Part shown: positions 10,237 to 20,722 of the stretch, piece after piece
Numbering within the stretch: position 1 is the stretch's first letter
Layout: each line of letters opens with the position of its first letter
Assembly: GCA_964402215.1 (NCBI GenBank)
Contig: CAYOAT010000001.1
Location: 70,703-134,702 of the forward strand
Length of the DNA stretch: 64,000 nucleotides
Direction: 5' to 3'
Source: an uncultured Candidatus Saccharibacteria bacterium
GTDB taxonomy: Bacteria > Patescibacteriota > Minisyncoccia > Phycocordibacterales > JAACPR01
Translations under genes and position numbers: made by a program
The notes under the pieces: generated by a model
The model's input: the letters and a program-made list of their open reading frames with translations, nothing else
What the model was told of the DNA's origin: nothing
Database searches by the model: none

Positions 10237-11637
10237 TTAGTTTAACTTTTTCTTTAAGAAACTCAAAATATCGTCTTGTTTCACTCTTTCCTGTTCACCA
10301 GTATCTCGATCACGAATTGTAACCGAATCATCTTTTTCAATCGTATCAAAATCAATTGTTATACAAAATGGAGTACCAATTTCATCTTGTTTTCGATAGC
10401 GCTTGCCGATACTACCTGCCTCATCATATATAACTTGCCCACCAATTCCCGCGATGACTGAATTAATTTGTTTTTTAATCATTAAATGAACTTCCTTTGC
10501 ACGCTCAACTAATTGTGGTTTATTCTTCATCAAAGGAAATACAGCAACAATAACAGGAGCAACTTTTGGTGAAAGTTTTAAATACTCTCTCGCTTCACCA
10601 CCAAGTTCGTCTTCCTTGTATGCATCGGTCAAAATCGCCAAAATTAATCTGCCAATTCCAACGGATGGTTCAATAACGTGTGGGAGAAATTTTTCTTTTG
10701 TTTCTTCATCAAAATATTCAAGAGAAACTTTACTTGCAGCGGCATGTGCCGAAAGATCAAAATTGGTTCTATAAGCCAAGCCGTACAATTCTTTTCTGCC
10801 AAAAGGATAATCAAATTCAAAATCGATTGTTCTCTTTGAATAATGAGCACGATCTGCCGGATCAACCTCTAATTTGTGAACTTTTTTCTGATCTAGGCCA
10901 AGATCTTTTGTAAATTCGATAACCTGCTCTGTAAAATCATCAAAAATCTTTTCCCAATTATTTGGATTAATAAAATATTCAATTTCCATTTGTTCAAATT
11001 CTCTAACACGGAAAAGAAAATCTCTTGGGGCGATTTCATTTCTAAAGGCTTTACCAATTTGTGCAAGACCAAATGGTAATTTTGGGTGAAAAGAATCCAA
11101 GACATTTTTAAAATTAACAAACATTCCACCAGCTGTTTCGGGTCGTAAATATGAAATTGCCGCTTCGTCTTCGGTAGCACCGATATGAGTTTGAAGCATC
11201 ATATTAAATTGTTTTACCTCGCCAAGGGCATTACCGTCTGGGCTTTTCAGTTTTAGTTCCTGAATTTTTGAATTCATATCAGAAAGTTTCATTCCCTTTA
11301 CCGAAATACCGGCATCTTCTAATAAATGGTCCGCTCGAAATCGTTTTTTTGTTTTTATATCTTCTACCAGTGGATCTGAAAATCCATCGACGTGGCCAGA
11401 GGCTTTCCAAACATTTTGATTCATTAAAATAGCGGCATCAACCGGATACATGTCATCGCGGTCTAAAACAAACCTCTTCCACCAAATATTTTCTATATTT
11501 TTCTTCAAAACAACACCAAATGGTCCATAATCCCAGGTACCGGCCAAGCCACCGTAAATTTCTGACCCCTGATAAACAAATCCCCTTCTTTTGCAGAGAG
11601 AGATTATCTTTTCCATTGTGTTATCTTTTTCTTTCAT
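10237..11637 (-). CDS. glyS: glycyl-tRNA synthetase, alpha2 (eukaryote/archaea-like) type
   Basis: class II GlyRS N-terminus and overall similarity. Confidence 0.9.
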   Translation of the reverse strand: MKEKDNTMEKIISLCKRRGFVYQGSEIYGGLAGTWDYGPFGVVLKKNIENIWWKRFVLDRDDMYPVDAAILMNQNVWKASGHVDGFSDPLVEDIKTKKRFRADHLLEDAGISVKGMKLSDMNSKIQELKLKSPDGNALGEVKQFNMMLQTHIGATEDEAAISYLRPETAGGMFVNFKNVLDSFHPKLPFGLAQIGKAFRNEIAPRDFLFRVREFEQMEIEYFINPNNWEKIFDDFTEQVIEFTKDLGLDQKKVHKLEVDPADRAHYSKRTIDFEFDYPFGRKELYGLAYRTNFDLSAHAAASKVSLEYFDEETKEKFLPHVIEPSVGIGRLILAILTDAYKEDELGGEAREYLKLSPKVAPVIVAVFPLMKNKPQLVERAKEVHLMIKKQINSVIAGIGGQVIYDEAGSIGKRYRKQDEIGTPFCITIDFDTIEKDDSVTIRDRDTGEQERVKQDDILSFLKKKLN

Positions 11638-11643
11638 ATTCCA

Positions 11644-13590
11644 CTATTGAACCACATCTCCGTGTTTATCGAAAGCATTTCTACCAACAAGTAATGTATT
11701 CGTTACCTCTCCAGGTAATTCAATTTTTGTCTTTGCAAAGGCATCAAAAGAAGAAACGGAAATACTATTAACCAGATCTGGAGTATAACCAATTTGACTT
11801 ATACTTGGGCGAATTTTTAATTGAAAACTGACTGAACGGCTAGGAGCACTATGGCCAGTTCCGGCACTAATTCTTCCAGGACTCCAAATTATTCTTCGCG
11901 AGGTTGAATCGTAGGTAATATCTTCACTTATTGGATAAACATTTCCTGTCCACGTTACATATGTTGGCAGCAGCCCAATTACCTTTGTAGTTTCTACGTC
12001 ATTTGTACTATTTAAAATTTCCCAAGTTGCCGTGTACAAAGTTTCTTGTTCAACCTTTGGCGGAACAGGTCCGGAATCAATGAAGCTAGCGGTTTTTGTA
12101 TACTGAGAATTATATGAAGTTTTTGAGTCAAAAACCAAATCAGAAAGTATTTTTATAGTTACAAAATCTCTCTCTTCTATTTTTTCGTCGACTCCCGATT
12201 CTGAAGTTCTAAGACCAGTTACAATTGCAGATATTCTAACTTCCGGATTAACTAAACTTTTATTATTTACAGATAAATCATATGTTTCTAACTTATCTGA
12301 AATCGGGATACTGCTTCTAGGAGGAACAGAAGATAATTTTTCTAGGGTATTCTTTGTGTATGAAATCAAGTTTGTATATGAATCATAAAATCCACTTGTT
12401 ACTAAAATCTTACCCTTATCCAAGACTTTCCCTTCTAGATATAGTTTAGCCTCAACATCACGCACGACATTATTAGTATTATTAGAAAACGTTAGGATGT
12501 AATTTATTTCATCTCCACTCTCTACGACCGCGATCGGCTCACTTGAACCATTTATAGCCAAATCAAGACCAATAAATGGTTTTTCAAGCAAAACAACGTG
12601 TCTGACATTGGTAAGGGTTATGTCAATTTCCTCTTTATTATCAGATTTTGGTGTCCCAGCCGAAAATTTAAAAGCCCTCTCCTCATTATCTTGGGCTTGA
12701 AGTTGGCCCGATATTTTTATGTTTTTGACATCGGTCGGATTAAATTCACCAAATTCCCAAACATTATTTCCATAAGTTGGCGCGATATTTGCCTTCTCAT
12801 ATTTGAAACCAAAAGGATATTCAGCGATAACTAGCAAATTATTTATTGGTCTTTCGGAATTTGATTTGATTTCCAAATTAAAATCCATGGTTTGGCCAGA
12901 AGAGATTTTATCTAGCGCAGTAACAAGTATCTGTACTGGCGAAACACTAAGTGTGATTGTAAAAGTTTTTGTTTTACTCAACAATACGACTGACCCGGGT
13001 GTTCGATACTCGACATTTACATCTACAGATTTTGTCTCTCCATTTTCACCAAAAAAAGCCATATCAAGAGTTTTCTTTATGACAGACCCAGCTGATAGAT
13101 CACCAATTTCGATGCGACCTCGTCTTAAGTCATTCTTTAAGTCACTAGATTTTGTTCCTTCAGGATATTCAATAGCCAAATTAGTTGACTCCATATTTAT
13201 TTGACTATTGTTTTGAACAACAACATCTATAGACAACTGATCCCCCCCACCGACAGAAACCGGACCAACTATATCAATATTAATATCGTCGGTTGAAATT
13301 ATTTGTTCTCCCCCTATAAACATATAAGCTGCAAATCCTAAAGAACCGAGGAAAAATAATATTGCGACAACCAAGACTGTCCAAAATATTCCAGTTTTTT
13401 GTTTGTTAATTGGAAAAGATTCAGAAGACGAGTTATCTAGTAAATCCCCATCCTTCCAATCTGGCATTTCTTCATATTTTTTCACATCGAATTCAGAACG
13501 TTCATCTGTATCAAAAGACTGATTCTTTGAAAACAATTTATTTTCAAGTTTTTCTATTCGATTGGTTTCTTTTTTATCAAAGTAATTCAT
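11644..13590 (-). CDS. hypothetical large surface/secreted protein with single N-proximal TM
   Basis: 648 aa; acidic cytoplasmic N-terminus, one TM, long beta-rich extracytoplasmic region; no catalytic motif seen. Confidence 0.5.
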   Translation of the reverse strand: MNYFDKKETNRIEKLENKLFSKNQSFDTDERSEFDVKKYEEMPDWKDGDLLDNSSSESFPINKQKTGIFWTVLVVAILFFLGSLGFAAYMFIGGEQIISTDDINIDIVGPVSVGGGDQLSIDVVVQNNSQINMESTNLAIEYPEGTKSSDLKNDLRRGRIEIGDLSAGSVIKKTLDMAFFGENGETKSVDVNVEYRTPGSVVLLSKTKTFTITLSVSPVQILVTALDKISSGQTMDFNLEIKSNSERPINNLLVIAEYPFGFKYEKANIAPTYGNNVWEFGEFNPTDVKNIKISGQLQAQDNEERAFKFSAGTPKSDNKEEIDITLTNVRHVVLLEKPFIGLDLAINGSSEPIAVVESGDEINYILTFSNNTNNVVRDVEAKLYLEGKVLDKGKILVTSGFYDSYTNLISYTKNTLEKLSSVPPRSSIPISDKLETYDLSVNNKSLVNPEVRISAIVTGLRTSESGVDEKIEERDFVTIKILSDLVFDSKTSYNSQYTKTASFIDSGPVPPKVEQETLYTATWEILNSTNDVETTKVIGLLPTYVTWTGNVYPISEDITYDSTSRRIIWSPGRISAGTGHSAPSRSVSFQLKIRPSISQIGYTPDLVNSISVSSFDAFAKTKIELPGEVTNTLLVGRNAFDKHGDVVQ

Positions 13591-13610
13591 TCAAAATAAT
13601 TATAACACTA

Positions 13611-14216
13611 TTATAAATGACTATCGCGAATTGCCCTATTTATTTCCACAATCATGCCTTTTTGAGAAAAAACAATATTTTGGCTTAACTTTAAAATTAA
13701 TTCAAAATCTAGCTGATTTTTTAAATAAAATTCTATATCTTTAGTCTGTTTCAAGTATCCTAAATGATACAAAATAGCGGCAGAAAAAATTGCTTCGAAA
13801 GATAATATATCATTTTGATTATTAAATTTATCCTGATTTTCTAAAGAAAAATCTAAAAAACGTGCCGTTTCGGTATAGATTACTTCATCCTTTACTTCGC
13901 CGGCAATTAGACGATTAATCAAACTAAATACTCTACAAACAGATTCACGAAGATCCTCATTAACCATATCGGTATAAAAGTTTTTTACAAAACCTGCGTT
14001 AACCAATCTCCAACCTGTGCGGCCAGAAACTAATGCAACATTGACTAGAGAAAAATCCTGAATAGATTGTCTCATCTTGGACTCCATTTTTCTGGCGCCC
14101 TGAGCAGTTGCCCTAATAACTCCGAATTCTTCAGTTAGCAAAATAATACTGCTGTCTGCTTCCCTTGTTTGGAAACTTTTCAAAACAAAAGCTTTTGTTC
14201 TGTGAATATGATGCAT
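13611..14216 (-). CDS. recO: DNA repair protein RecO
   Basis: N-terminal OB-fold pattern (AFVLKS...GARKMESKMRQ) typical of RecO. Confidence 0.65.
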   Translation of the reverse strand: MHHIHRTKAFVLKSFQTREADSSIILLTEEFGVIRATAQGARKMESKMRQSIQDFSLVNVALVSGRTGWRLVNAGFVKNFYTDMVNEDLRESVCRVFSLINRLIAGEVKDEVIYTETARFLDFSLENQDKFNNQNDILSFEAIFSAAILYHLGYLKQTKDIEFYLKNQLDFELILKLSQNIVFSQKGMIVEINRAIRDSHL

Positions 14217-14232
14217 TAACTAACTTTTTAAT

Positions 14233-17200
14233 TTAATTAATCGAGATTTTAAATGAAAATCCTTCCGTCTCAAGAATGGCCCCATCATTTCTCTCAATGG
14301 TTATTTTTGTCGCCCGCACAGATTCCGAAATTTGATTTGAAAATTTATTAATAAATTCAACACCACGTCCGCCAGTTTCAACTGATAAAATAATTTTATC
14401 ATTTGGAACAAGTTTCTTTTCTTTCCTCAAGCTTTGAATAAATCGAACTAACTCGCGCAGAGTCCCTTCTTGTTTTAATTCCGCATCAATTACAGTATCA
14501 AGTTGAACTTTTTGTTCTCCTAATGTTTGGTCGGAAATAATTTCCTTAACATTAACTTCGTCTTTTATAAGTTCAATTAAATCTGCACTGATTTCAGTTG
14601 AGGGAATATTTATTTTTAGAGTTCGTAGGGGTTGTCTAACTTTAATTCCAAACTTATCCCGTTCTAGTAAAGAAATACTGACGAGATTTCTAACGTTCGC
14701 CATTTCACCTAGAAGTTTTTGATCAACATCTTTTATTTCTGGCCAAGATTCTAAATGAACGCTGCGATTTTGGTCAGTAAAATTTATATTATTTATTCTT
14801 TGATAAATCATTTCAGCGGTAAAAGGCATAAATGGAGCCATTATTTTAGCGAATTCGTTCAAAACATAAAATGTCGTCTGAATTGCAAATTCGCGATCTT
14901 CGCTATTTTCGTTTTTAAATCGGTCACGTGAACGACGAACATACCAAGTCGATAAATCATCAACAAAATCAAAGAAAGTTCGACACGCAGTATTTAACTC
15001 GTAAATTTCCATTGCATCTGTTGTCTCTTTTAGAACTTGATTTAATCTTGCAATAATCCATTTATCAAGAACATTTGACGACTCAGTTTTTGTTACAGGC
15101 GCCACGGAATTTTGATCCTTGTACAAATCGTAAAACGCAACAACATTTAACAGCCGTGAAATAATTTTTTTGTAAACTTCATCAACCCCCTTTTCAGAAA
15201 AACTAAGTGGTTCGGCCTGAACAATTCCAGAAGATAGCATGTAGTATCGCATTGGATCAGCGCCATATTTGTTGAAAATCAAACTTGGCTCTGGATAATT
15301 TTTCAATCTTTTCGACATTTTTTGTCCGTCTTCAGCCAAAACTAATCCATTCACCACAACATTTTTGTATGGGGCTTTTCCAAACAACGCGGTGTTCAAA
15401 GCGAGCAGTGTGTAAAACCAACCACGAGTCTGATCAAGTCCTTCTGCAATAAAATCTGCAGGAAATTTTTGACGTGTTTTAAACAATCCTGAAAAACCAA
15501 CAGCCGGTTCCATTGTTTTTTCAAAAGGATAATGAGGAACAGCAAATGGCATTGATCCAGAATCAAACCAAGTATCAAAAACTTCCGGAATTCTCTTCAT
15601 TAGCTTTCCGTTTTTAGTAAAAGTAATTTCATCAATATATGGACGATGAAGATCCAAAATATATTCGTCATCGTGAGGAATCGGAGCAAAGTTAAATTCA
15701 GTAACACTGCCCGTTGGGACAAGATCAGAAGATTCTTCTTTTATTTTTGCAGCGGCTTTGTTATCAAGACCCTCGTTTAGTGACATTAACATCCATATTG
15801 GATATTCATGGCTTACAACAAGGATATTTTTGTCACTATGTTTTTTATTTATCTCATAAATAAAATCACCGATTCTTTTTTTAATATCAGTTAAATTTTC
15901 ACCGCCTTCAGGTTTTTCATAAAACTTATCTAGAAAACTTTTATAAGTTAGATCATACTCTTCAAAAGCTTTTCCATTCAAAATTCCAGACTGTGTTTCT
16001 TTTAATCTATCATCAATAATTAATTTATCAGCCGAAATATTTAATTCCTTCATCAAAATATCAGCAGTCTCACGTGTTCGAATGAGCGGTGAACAATAAA
16101 CAAAATCAATTTCCTTACCCACAAATTTACTTGCAGCATCTAGAGCTTGTTTTTTTCCTTTTTCGGTTAAGTGAACAGGTTTAGAATTATCAGAATTTAA
16201 AAAGCGACCGACATTATGATCTGCCTCACCGTGTCGCATCAAATAAAATGTATTTGAACTTTTTGTTCTATCTTTTATATCTTTGATTGAACCTAAAAAT
16301 TCTATTTCAGTTGAATCTTCTGATTTCCAAATTGGCATTGGCGTTCCCCAATAACGAGATCTAGAAACTCCCCAATCTTTTACATTTTCTAGCCAATTTC
16401 CAAAACGTTTTTCTCCAATATTTTGTGGAACCCAATGAACTTTCTTGTTCAGGGCAACCATTTTTTGATTATAATTTGTAACTTTTATAAACCAAGAAGA
16501 AAGTGCAAAATTCAAAAGCGGCGCATCTGTTCTCCAACAATGAGGATACGAGTGCACAATTTTTTCCTTTGCAAAAAGAGTTCCATCAGCCGCTAGCCTT
16601 TTAATAACTAAAACGTCAGTTGCAGTTGGGTCTTCTTTGGGCTTTGCCTGTAAACCGGCAAATCCTGTAATTTCTGGCTTTATAGAGCCATCAATATTTA
16701 CGTGTTGTACAAATGGTAATTTATTTTTTTGACCAAGAACAAGGTCATCTTCACCAAATCCTGGGGCAATGTGTACAATTCCCGTGCCGTCTTCAGTTGT
16801 AACGAAACTGCCTGAATATATTTTCCAACCGTTTTCACGATTTAGTAAATCAGTTTTATTTGAATAATAATCAAATAATGGACGATATTTTTTACCAACA
16901 AGATCACTTCCATTTATTGTTTCAATCTCTTCAAAACTTTTATCTTTCAAAGTCGATGCCAATCTACTTTTCGCCAAAATCAAAATATCATTTTCAACTT
17001 TTACTTTTACATATTCAATATTTTCACCGACTGCCAAGGCAACATTACCGAAAAGCGTCCAAGGTGTGGTCGTCCAAGCTAACAAATAAGTATTTTCCTC
17101 TCCTTCCAAAGCAAATTTTACATAAACCGAAATATCGGTGATATCTTTGTAACCGGAATTTACTTCAAAGTTTGAAAGGGGCGTTTCAAGTAGCGGAGAA

Positions 17201-17742
17201 ATCTGCATCACTTTAAAATCTTCATAAACCAAACCTTTTTTCTGTAATTCACTAAAAGCCCACCAAACCGATTCCATAAAATTAGAAGACATGGTGGTGT
17301 ATTGATTTTCCATGTCAATAAAACGGCCGGTTCTTGGAACAATTTCTTTCCACTCTCTATCATATCGAAACACACTATCCTTTGCGGCTTTACTAAAAGC
17401 TTTTATGCCAAAATTCTCGATATCTTTTTTTGTTCGAAGATTATTTTCTTCTTGAACCAATTTTTCAATTGGCAAACCATGACAATCCCATCCCCATCTG
17501 CGGTCAACGTGATACCCGCGCATCGTCTCATATCTTGGAATAACATCTTTCATTGTTCCAGCCAAAATATGCCCATAATGAGGAAGTCCTGTGGCAAAAG
17601 GAGGGCCGTCGTAAAAAACATAATCACCTTTTGGTGAAGATTTCGCCAAGGTCTTTTCAAAAATTTTATTTTCTTTCCAGAAATTTAAAACCTTCTCTTC
17701 TTCTAAAGCAAACGGGCTTTTATTTGTATCGTCATTATTCAT
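14233..17742 (-). CDS. ileS: isoleucyl-tRNA synthetase with an inserted histidine-phosphatase (PGAM-like) domain
   Basis: HYGH (HIGH) and KMSKR motifs, CP1 editing domain; ~190-aa insert with LMRHGEADHN and VVSHE motifs between WGTPMPIW and WFDSGS. Confidence 0.95.
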   Translation of the reverse strand: MNNDDTNKSPFALEEEKVLNFWKENKIFEKTLAKSSPKGDYVFYDGPPFATGLPHYGHILAGTMKDVIPRYETMRGYHVDRRWGWDCHGLPIEKLVQEENNLRTKKDIENFGIKAFSKAAKDSVFRYDREWKEIVPRTGRFIDMENQYTTMSSNFMESVWWAFSELQKKGLVYEDFKVMQISPLLETPLSNFEVNSGYKDITDISVYVKFALEGEENTYLLAWTTTPWTLFGNVALAVGENIEYVKVKVENDILILAKSRLASTLKDKSFEEIETINGSDLVGKKYRPLFDYYSNKTDLLNRENGWKIYSGSFVTTEDGTGIVHIAPGFGEDDLVLGQKNKLPFVQHVNIDGSIKPEITGFAGLQAKPKEDPTATDVLVIKRLAADGTLFAKEKIVHSYPHCWRTDAPLLNFALSSWFIKVTNYNQKMVALNKKVHWVPQNIGEKRFGNWLENVKDWGVSRSRYWGTPMPIWKSEDSTEIEFLGSIKDIKDRTKSSNTFYLMRHGEADHNVGRFLNSDNSKPVHLTEKGKKQALDAASKFVGKEIDFVYCSPLIRTRETADILMKELNISADKLIIDDRLKETQSGILNGKAFEEYDLTYKSFLDKFYEKPEGGENLTDIKKRIGDFIYEINKKHSDKNILVVSHEYPIWMLMSLNEGLDNKAAAKIKEESSDLVPTGSVTEFNFAPIPHDDEYILDLHRPYIDEITFTKNGKLMKRIPEVFDTWFDSGSMPFAVPHYPFEKTMEPAVGFSGLFKTRQKFPADFIAEGLDQTRGWFYTLLALNTALFGKAPYKNVVVNGLVLAEDGQKMSKRLKNYPEPSLIFNKYGADPMRYYMLSSGIVQAEPLSFSEKGVDEVYKKIISRLLNVVAFYDLYKDQNSVAPVTKTESSNVLDKWIIARLNQVLKETTDAMEIYELNTACRTFFDFVDDLSTWYVRRSRDRFKNENSEDREFAIQTTFYVLNEFAKIMAPFMPFTAEMIYQRINNINFTDQNRSVHLESWPEIKDVDQKLLGEMANVRNLVSISLLERDKFGIKVRQPLRTLKINIPSTEISADLIELIKDEVNVKEIISDQTLGEQKVQLDTVIDAELKQEGTLRELVRFIQSLRKEKKLVPNDKIILSVETGGRGVEFINKFSNQISESVRATKITIERNDGAILETEGFSFKISIN
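15673..16254 (-). other. histidine phosphatase (branch 1, PGAM/SixA-like) domain embedded in IleRS
   Basis: RHGE catalytic motif, VYCSPLIRTRETA, second-His motif SHE; residues ~497-690 of IleS. Confidence 0.8.
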
Positions 17743-17770
17743 AAATTTTTAGTAAATATAAAGATATCTT

Positions 17771-17804
17771 ATCACAAAATCAAGCTTAAAAACGCTTGAT
17801 TTTG
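17771..17804 (-). terminator. hairpin terminator downstream of argS
   Basis: ATCAAGC-ttaaaaac-GCTTGAT stem-loop with T-rich tail on minus strand. Confidence 0.4.
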
Positions 17805-17829
17805 GCTTGAAATAAACTTTTAATAAAAT

Positions 17830-19566
17830 CTACATTCGACTAGGAACCTTTATACCTAACACTTTTAGACCGTTTTGAATAACATGCATTACGGCCTTTG
17901 TTATAGCCACCTTATAAGCTTCATTTGGCCCACCATCAAGAATCATATTTTGTGCGTAGAATGAATTAAATTCACTACAAATCTTTGTCAGCAACGTTGT
18001 AATGTCTTGTGGTGAAAGTCCGCCTGAATAAGCATTTTTAACTTCCTCTGGAAAACGATAAAGTAATTTTTCAATATTTGTCGTTTGCCAGCCTTCGGGT
18101 TCAGTAGTTTCAACAAATTCTATCTCCTTTTCTTTTGCCGAATCAATAATAGATTTTGTTCGAACATATGTGTATTGCAAATATGGGCCAGAGTCCCCTT
18201 CAAAAGAAACCGCGGCGTCTTTATCAAAAATAATATCGCGTCCGATTGCTTGTTTTAATATTGAATATTTTAAAGCGCCCACAGAAATAATTGTTTTTAC
18301 ATCTGCAGCATCTTGCTCTCCAAAATTTCTGTCTTTAATTTTTTCTGCGACAGTTTCTTCTATTTCTTGTAGTAAAGAATCACCAGTTATGACATTTCCC
18401 TTTCTCGACGACATCTTGCCTTCGGCAAAACGCATCATGCCGTGTGTAATATGCAAAGTTTTTGAGGAAATTTCTGGTCGAAGTTTTTTTAGTGCAGCCA
18501 AAATTACTTTGTAATATTCTTTTTGTTCACTGGCCGTAACAATTATTGAAGCATCGAACTTTCCAAATTTTTTCTGCAAAACATCCTCTTTGTAATATGC
18601 AAGACCAATATCTTTTGCTTCATAAGCTGGCAAACCAGCAGATGTGATAAAAACTCGCGTGTGCAAACCGTCTTTTTCTCCGTGATAAACAATAGCACCG
18701 TCACTTAATTCAAAAACATTAGGAATATTTGTTCTAACAATTTCACTTCCCGACTTTGCCATTTCATGTTCAAAAATTAATTGAGCGAAAGTTGAACCCA
18801 ATTTTTCGTACATATCATTGAAATGCCACAAACTCCATTCGCGACCTTTGTCGTACAAAGCTTTTATTTCAGGATCATCGTTCTGTTTTTGTTCATCAAA
18901 AAGATAATAAACTTTTTTATTTATTTCATTTATTTCTGCTTTAGCAGTTTCGTCTTCCTCATATTTACTTGCACCAAAGGCATAGACTTTTCCCAAATAA
19001 TCAGTTTTTTCAACAATTGTTGCAGAATCTTTTGGCATTTCGGAAATATTTTGTTTTATTCCCCACAAAGCTTTTGCCACATGCAAACCAACATCACCCT
19101 GGTAACAAACGCGAGTTACAGTTGCTCCATTCCACTCCAAAATTCTTGCAATTGATTCGCCGATAGAATTAGACATTAAATGCCCGATATGAAGAGGTTT
19201 GAACGGATTTGGATCTGTAAATTCAACAATAATATTTTTTCCGGCCAAATCTTTGTTACGACCATAATGTATTTCGCCATTCAAAACTTGTTGAACTGAC
19301 TTCTTGAAAAATGATCGACTTAAGAAAAAATTAATAAACCCTGGACCAGCTATTTCGATTTTTTCTATCTCCTCATTTTTTGATTCATTTAATTTTGCCA
19401 AAATCTCTTCTGCAATTTGTCGTGGATTGCCCTTATTTTTTTGAGCCAAAATTAGTGCGACGTTTGTAGAATAATCTCCGAACTTCAAATCTGCTGGATG
19501 TTCAACGACAAAATCAACTTTTTCAGTTAAAGCTTTTTCAATTAATTGTTTTATCGTATTTTTCAT
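17830..19566 (-). CDS. argS: arginyl-tRNA synthetase
   Basis: class I HIGH region PLHIGHLMS and ArgRS domains; start taken at internal Met (MKNTIKQL) 4 nt after dut stop. Confidence 0.9.
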   Translation of the reverse strand: MKNTIKQLIEKALTEKVDFVVEHPADLKFGDYSTNVALILAQKNKGNPRQIAEEILAKLNESKNEEIEKIEIAGPGFINFFLSRSFFKKSVQQVLNGEIHYGRNKDLAGKNIIVEFTDPNPFKPLHIGHLMSNSIGESIARILEWNGATVTRVCYQGDVGLHVAKALWGIKQNISEMPKDSATIVEKTDYLGKVYAFGASKYEEDETAKAEINEINKKVYYLFDEQKQNDDPEIKALYDKGREWSLWHFNDMYEKLGSTFAQLIFEHEMAKSGSEIVRTNIPNVFELSDGAIVYHGEKDGLHTRVFITSAGLPAYEAKDIGLAYYKEDVLQKKFGKFDASIIVTASEQKEYYKVILAALKKLRPEISSKTLHITHGMMRFAEGKMSSRKGNVITGDSLLQEIEETVAEKIKDRNFGEQDAADVKTIISVGALKYSILKQAIGRDIIFDKDAAVSFEGDSGPYLQYTYVRTKSIIDSAKEKEIEFVETTEPEGWQTTNIEKLLYRFPEEVKNAYSGGLSPQDITTLLTKICSEFNSFYAQNMILDGGPNEAYKVAITKAVMHVIQNGLKVLGIKVPSRM

Positions 19567-19570
19567 AATT

Positions 19571-19996
19571 TTATTTTCGTCCTGTTGAACCAAAACACCC
19601 TTCACCACGACTTGAATCATTTAATTCAGAAACTTCTTCAAGTTCTGGAATAACTACTGGATATATCACTAATTGTGCTATTTTATCACCTTTTTCAATC
19701 TTGTATGACTCGTTACCAAGATTAATTAAATTAACATTGTATTCACCACGATAACCAGGATCGAAAACTCCACCCATCGTATGTAATCCAGCCTTTTTGG
19801 GTAAACCACTTTTATCTTTTATGATTGCTGCAAAATTATTATCAAATTCCATTGCAAAACCTACCGGGAAAATCCTTCTTTCCATTGGTTTTAACTCATA
19901 ATCTTCAAGAGAATATAAATCCATACCAACGTCCCCTGGGTGCGCATATGTTGGTAATTTTGCGTCTTTATTCAACCTCTTGATCTTTATTTTCAT
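19571..19996 (-). CDS. dut: dUTP diphosphatase
   Basis: dUTPase motifs (AHPGDVGMDLYS). Confidence 0.9.
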   Translation of the reverse strand: MKIKIKRLNKDAKLPTYAHPGDVGMDLYSLEDYELKPMERRIFPVGFAMEFDNNFAAIIKDKSGLPKKAGLHTMGGVFDPGYRGEYNVNLINLGNESYKIEKGDKIAQLVIYPVVIPELEEVSELNDSSRGEGCFGSTGRK

Positions 19997-20004
19997 ACAA
20001 ACAT

Positions 20005-20036
20005 CATATCAAATATAAAAAATAAAAGCCGAGAGA
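20005..20036 (-). terminator. hairpin terminator after tmk
   Basis: GCCGAG...CTCGGC stem followed by T-run on minus strand. Confidence 0.4.
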
Positions 20037-20067
20037 TTTCCCTCGGCCTTTAGTGTAAAAAGAAGAC

Positions 20068-20721
20068 TTATCTGAGGCCCAAAATTCGGACGACCTCTTC
20101 GTAAACTTCGTCAGGTGTACGACTGGCATCGATCGTTATGCTCGGGACAAGTTTCATGAACTCACGAAATCCTTCACGGACTCTTTCGTGAAATTCAATC
20201 GGCTTTTCGTCGAGATGGTTCAGATCTTGCTTGCCCTCTTTTTTTCTGGCAAGTGCAACTTGTACATCAACATCAAAAAAGATATAAAGATCTGGCTTAT
20301 AGTCACCAATAATGAAGTTTCTGAAAGTAAAGAAAGTTTCTCTCAGTTCTTCTGCTTCATATCCATAAATCTCGATGGCGAATGTCGCCGAATCAAAACG
20401 ATCGGTAGCAGCCATTAGTCCAGCATCAACCGCAGGTGCAATTGTTTTCTCAACATGATCACATCTTGTTGCCCAGAACATTGTCGCCAAAGTCTTGGCA
20501 CTCGCATTTTTTGCATTAGGCCAAGTCAAAATAGCTGGCCGCAGATCCTCAGCATACGGCGAACCGCCGGGCTCTCTAGTTGTGACAATTTTGTCGCCAA
20601 ACTCTGCTTTTAGTCGCTTTAAAACTGTCGATTTACCAGATCCTTCTGGCCCATCGAATACAAAGAATTTACCTTTTTGTGACATAATTTTCTCCTTGAA
20701 TTTACTTTCTTCTTTCGACAC
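20068..20721 (-). CDS. tmk: thymidylate kinase
   Basis: P-loop FVFDGPEGSGKST; true start may be internal Met (MSQKGKFF). Confidence 0.9.
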   Translation of the reverse strand: MSKEESKFKEKIMSQKGKFFVFDGPEGSGKSTVLKRLKAEFGDKIVTTREPGGSPYAEDLRPAILTWPNAKNASAKTLATMFWATRCDHVEKTIAPAVDAGLMAATDRFDSATFAIEIYGYEAEELRETFFTFRNFIIGDYKPDLYIFFDVDVQVALARKKEGKQDLNHLDEKPIEFHERVREGFREFMKLVPSITIDASRTPDEVYEEVVRILGLR

Positions 20722-20722
20722 T

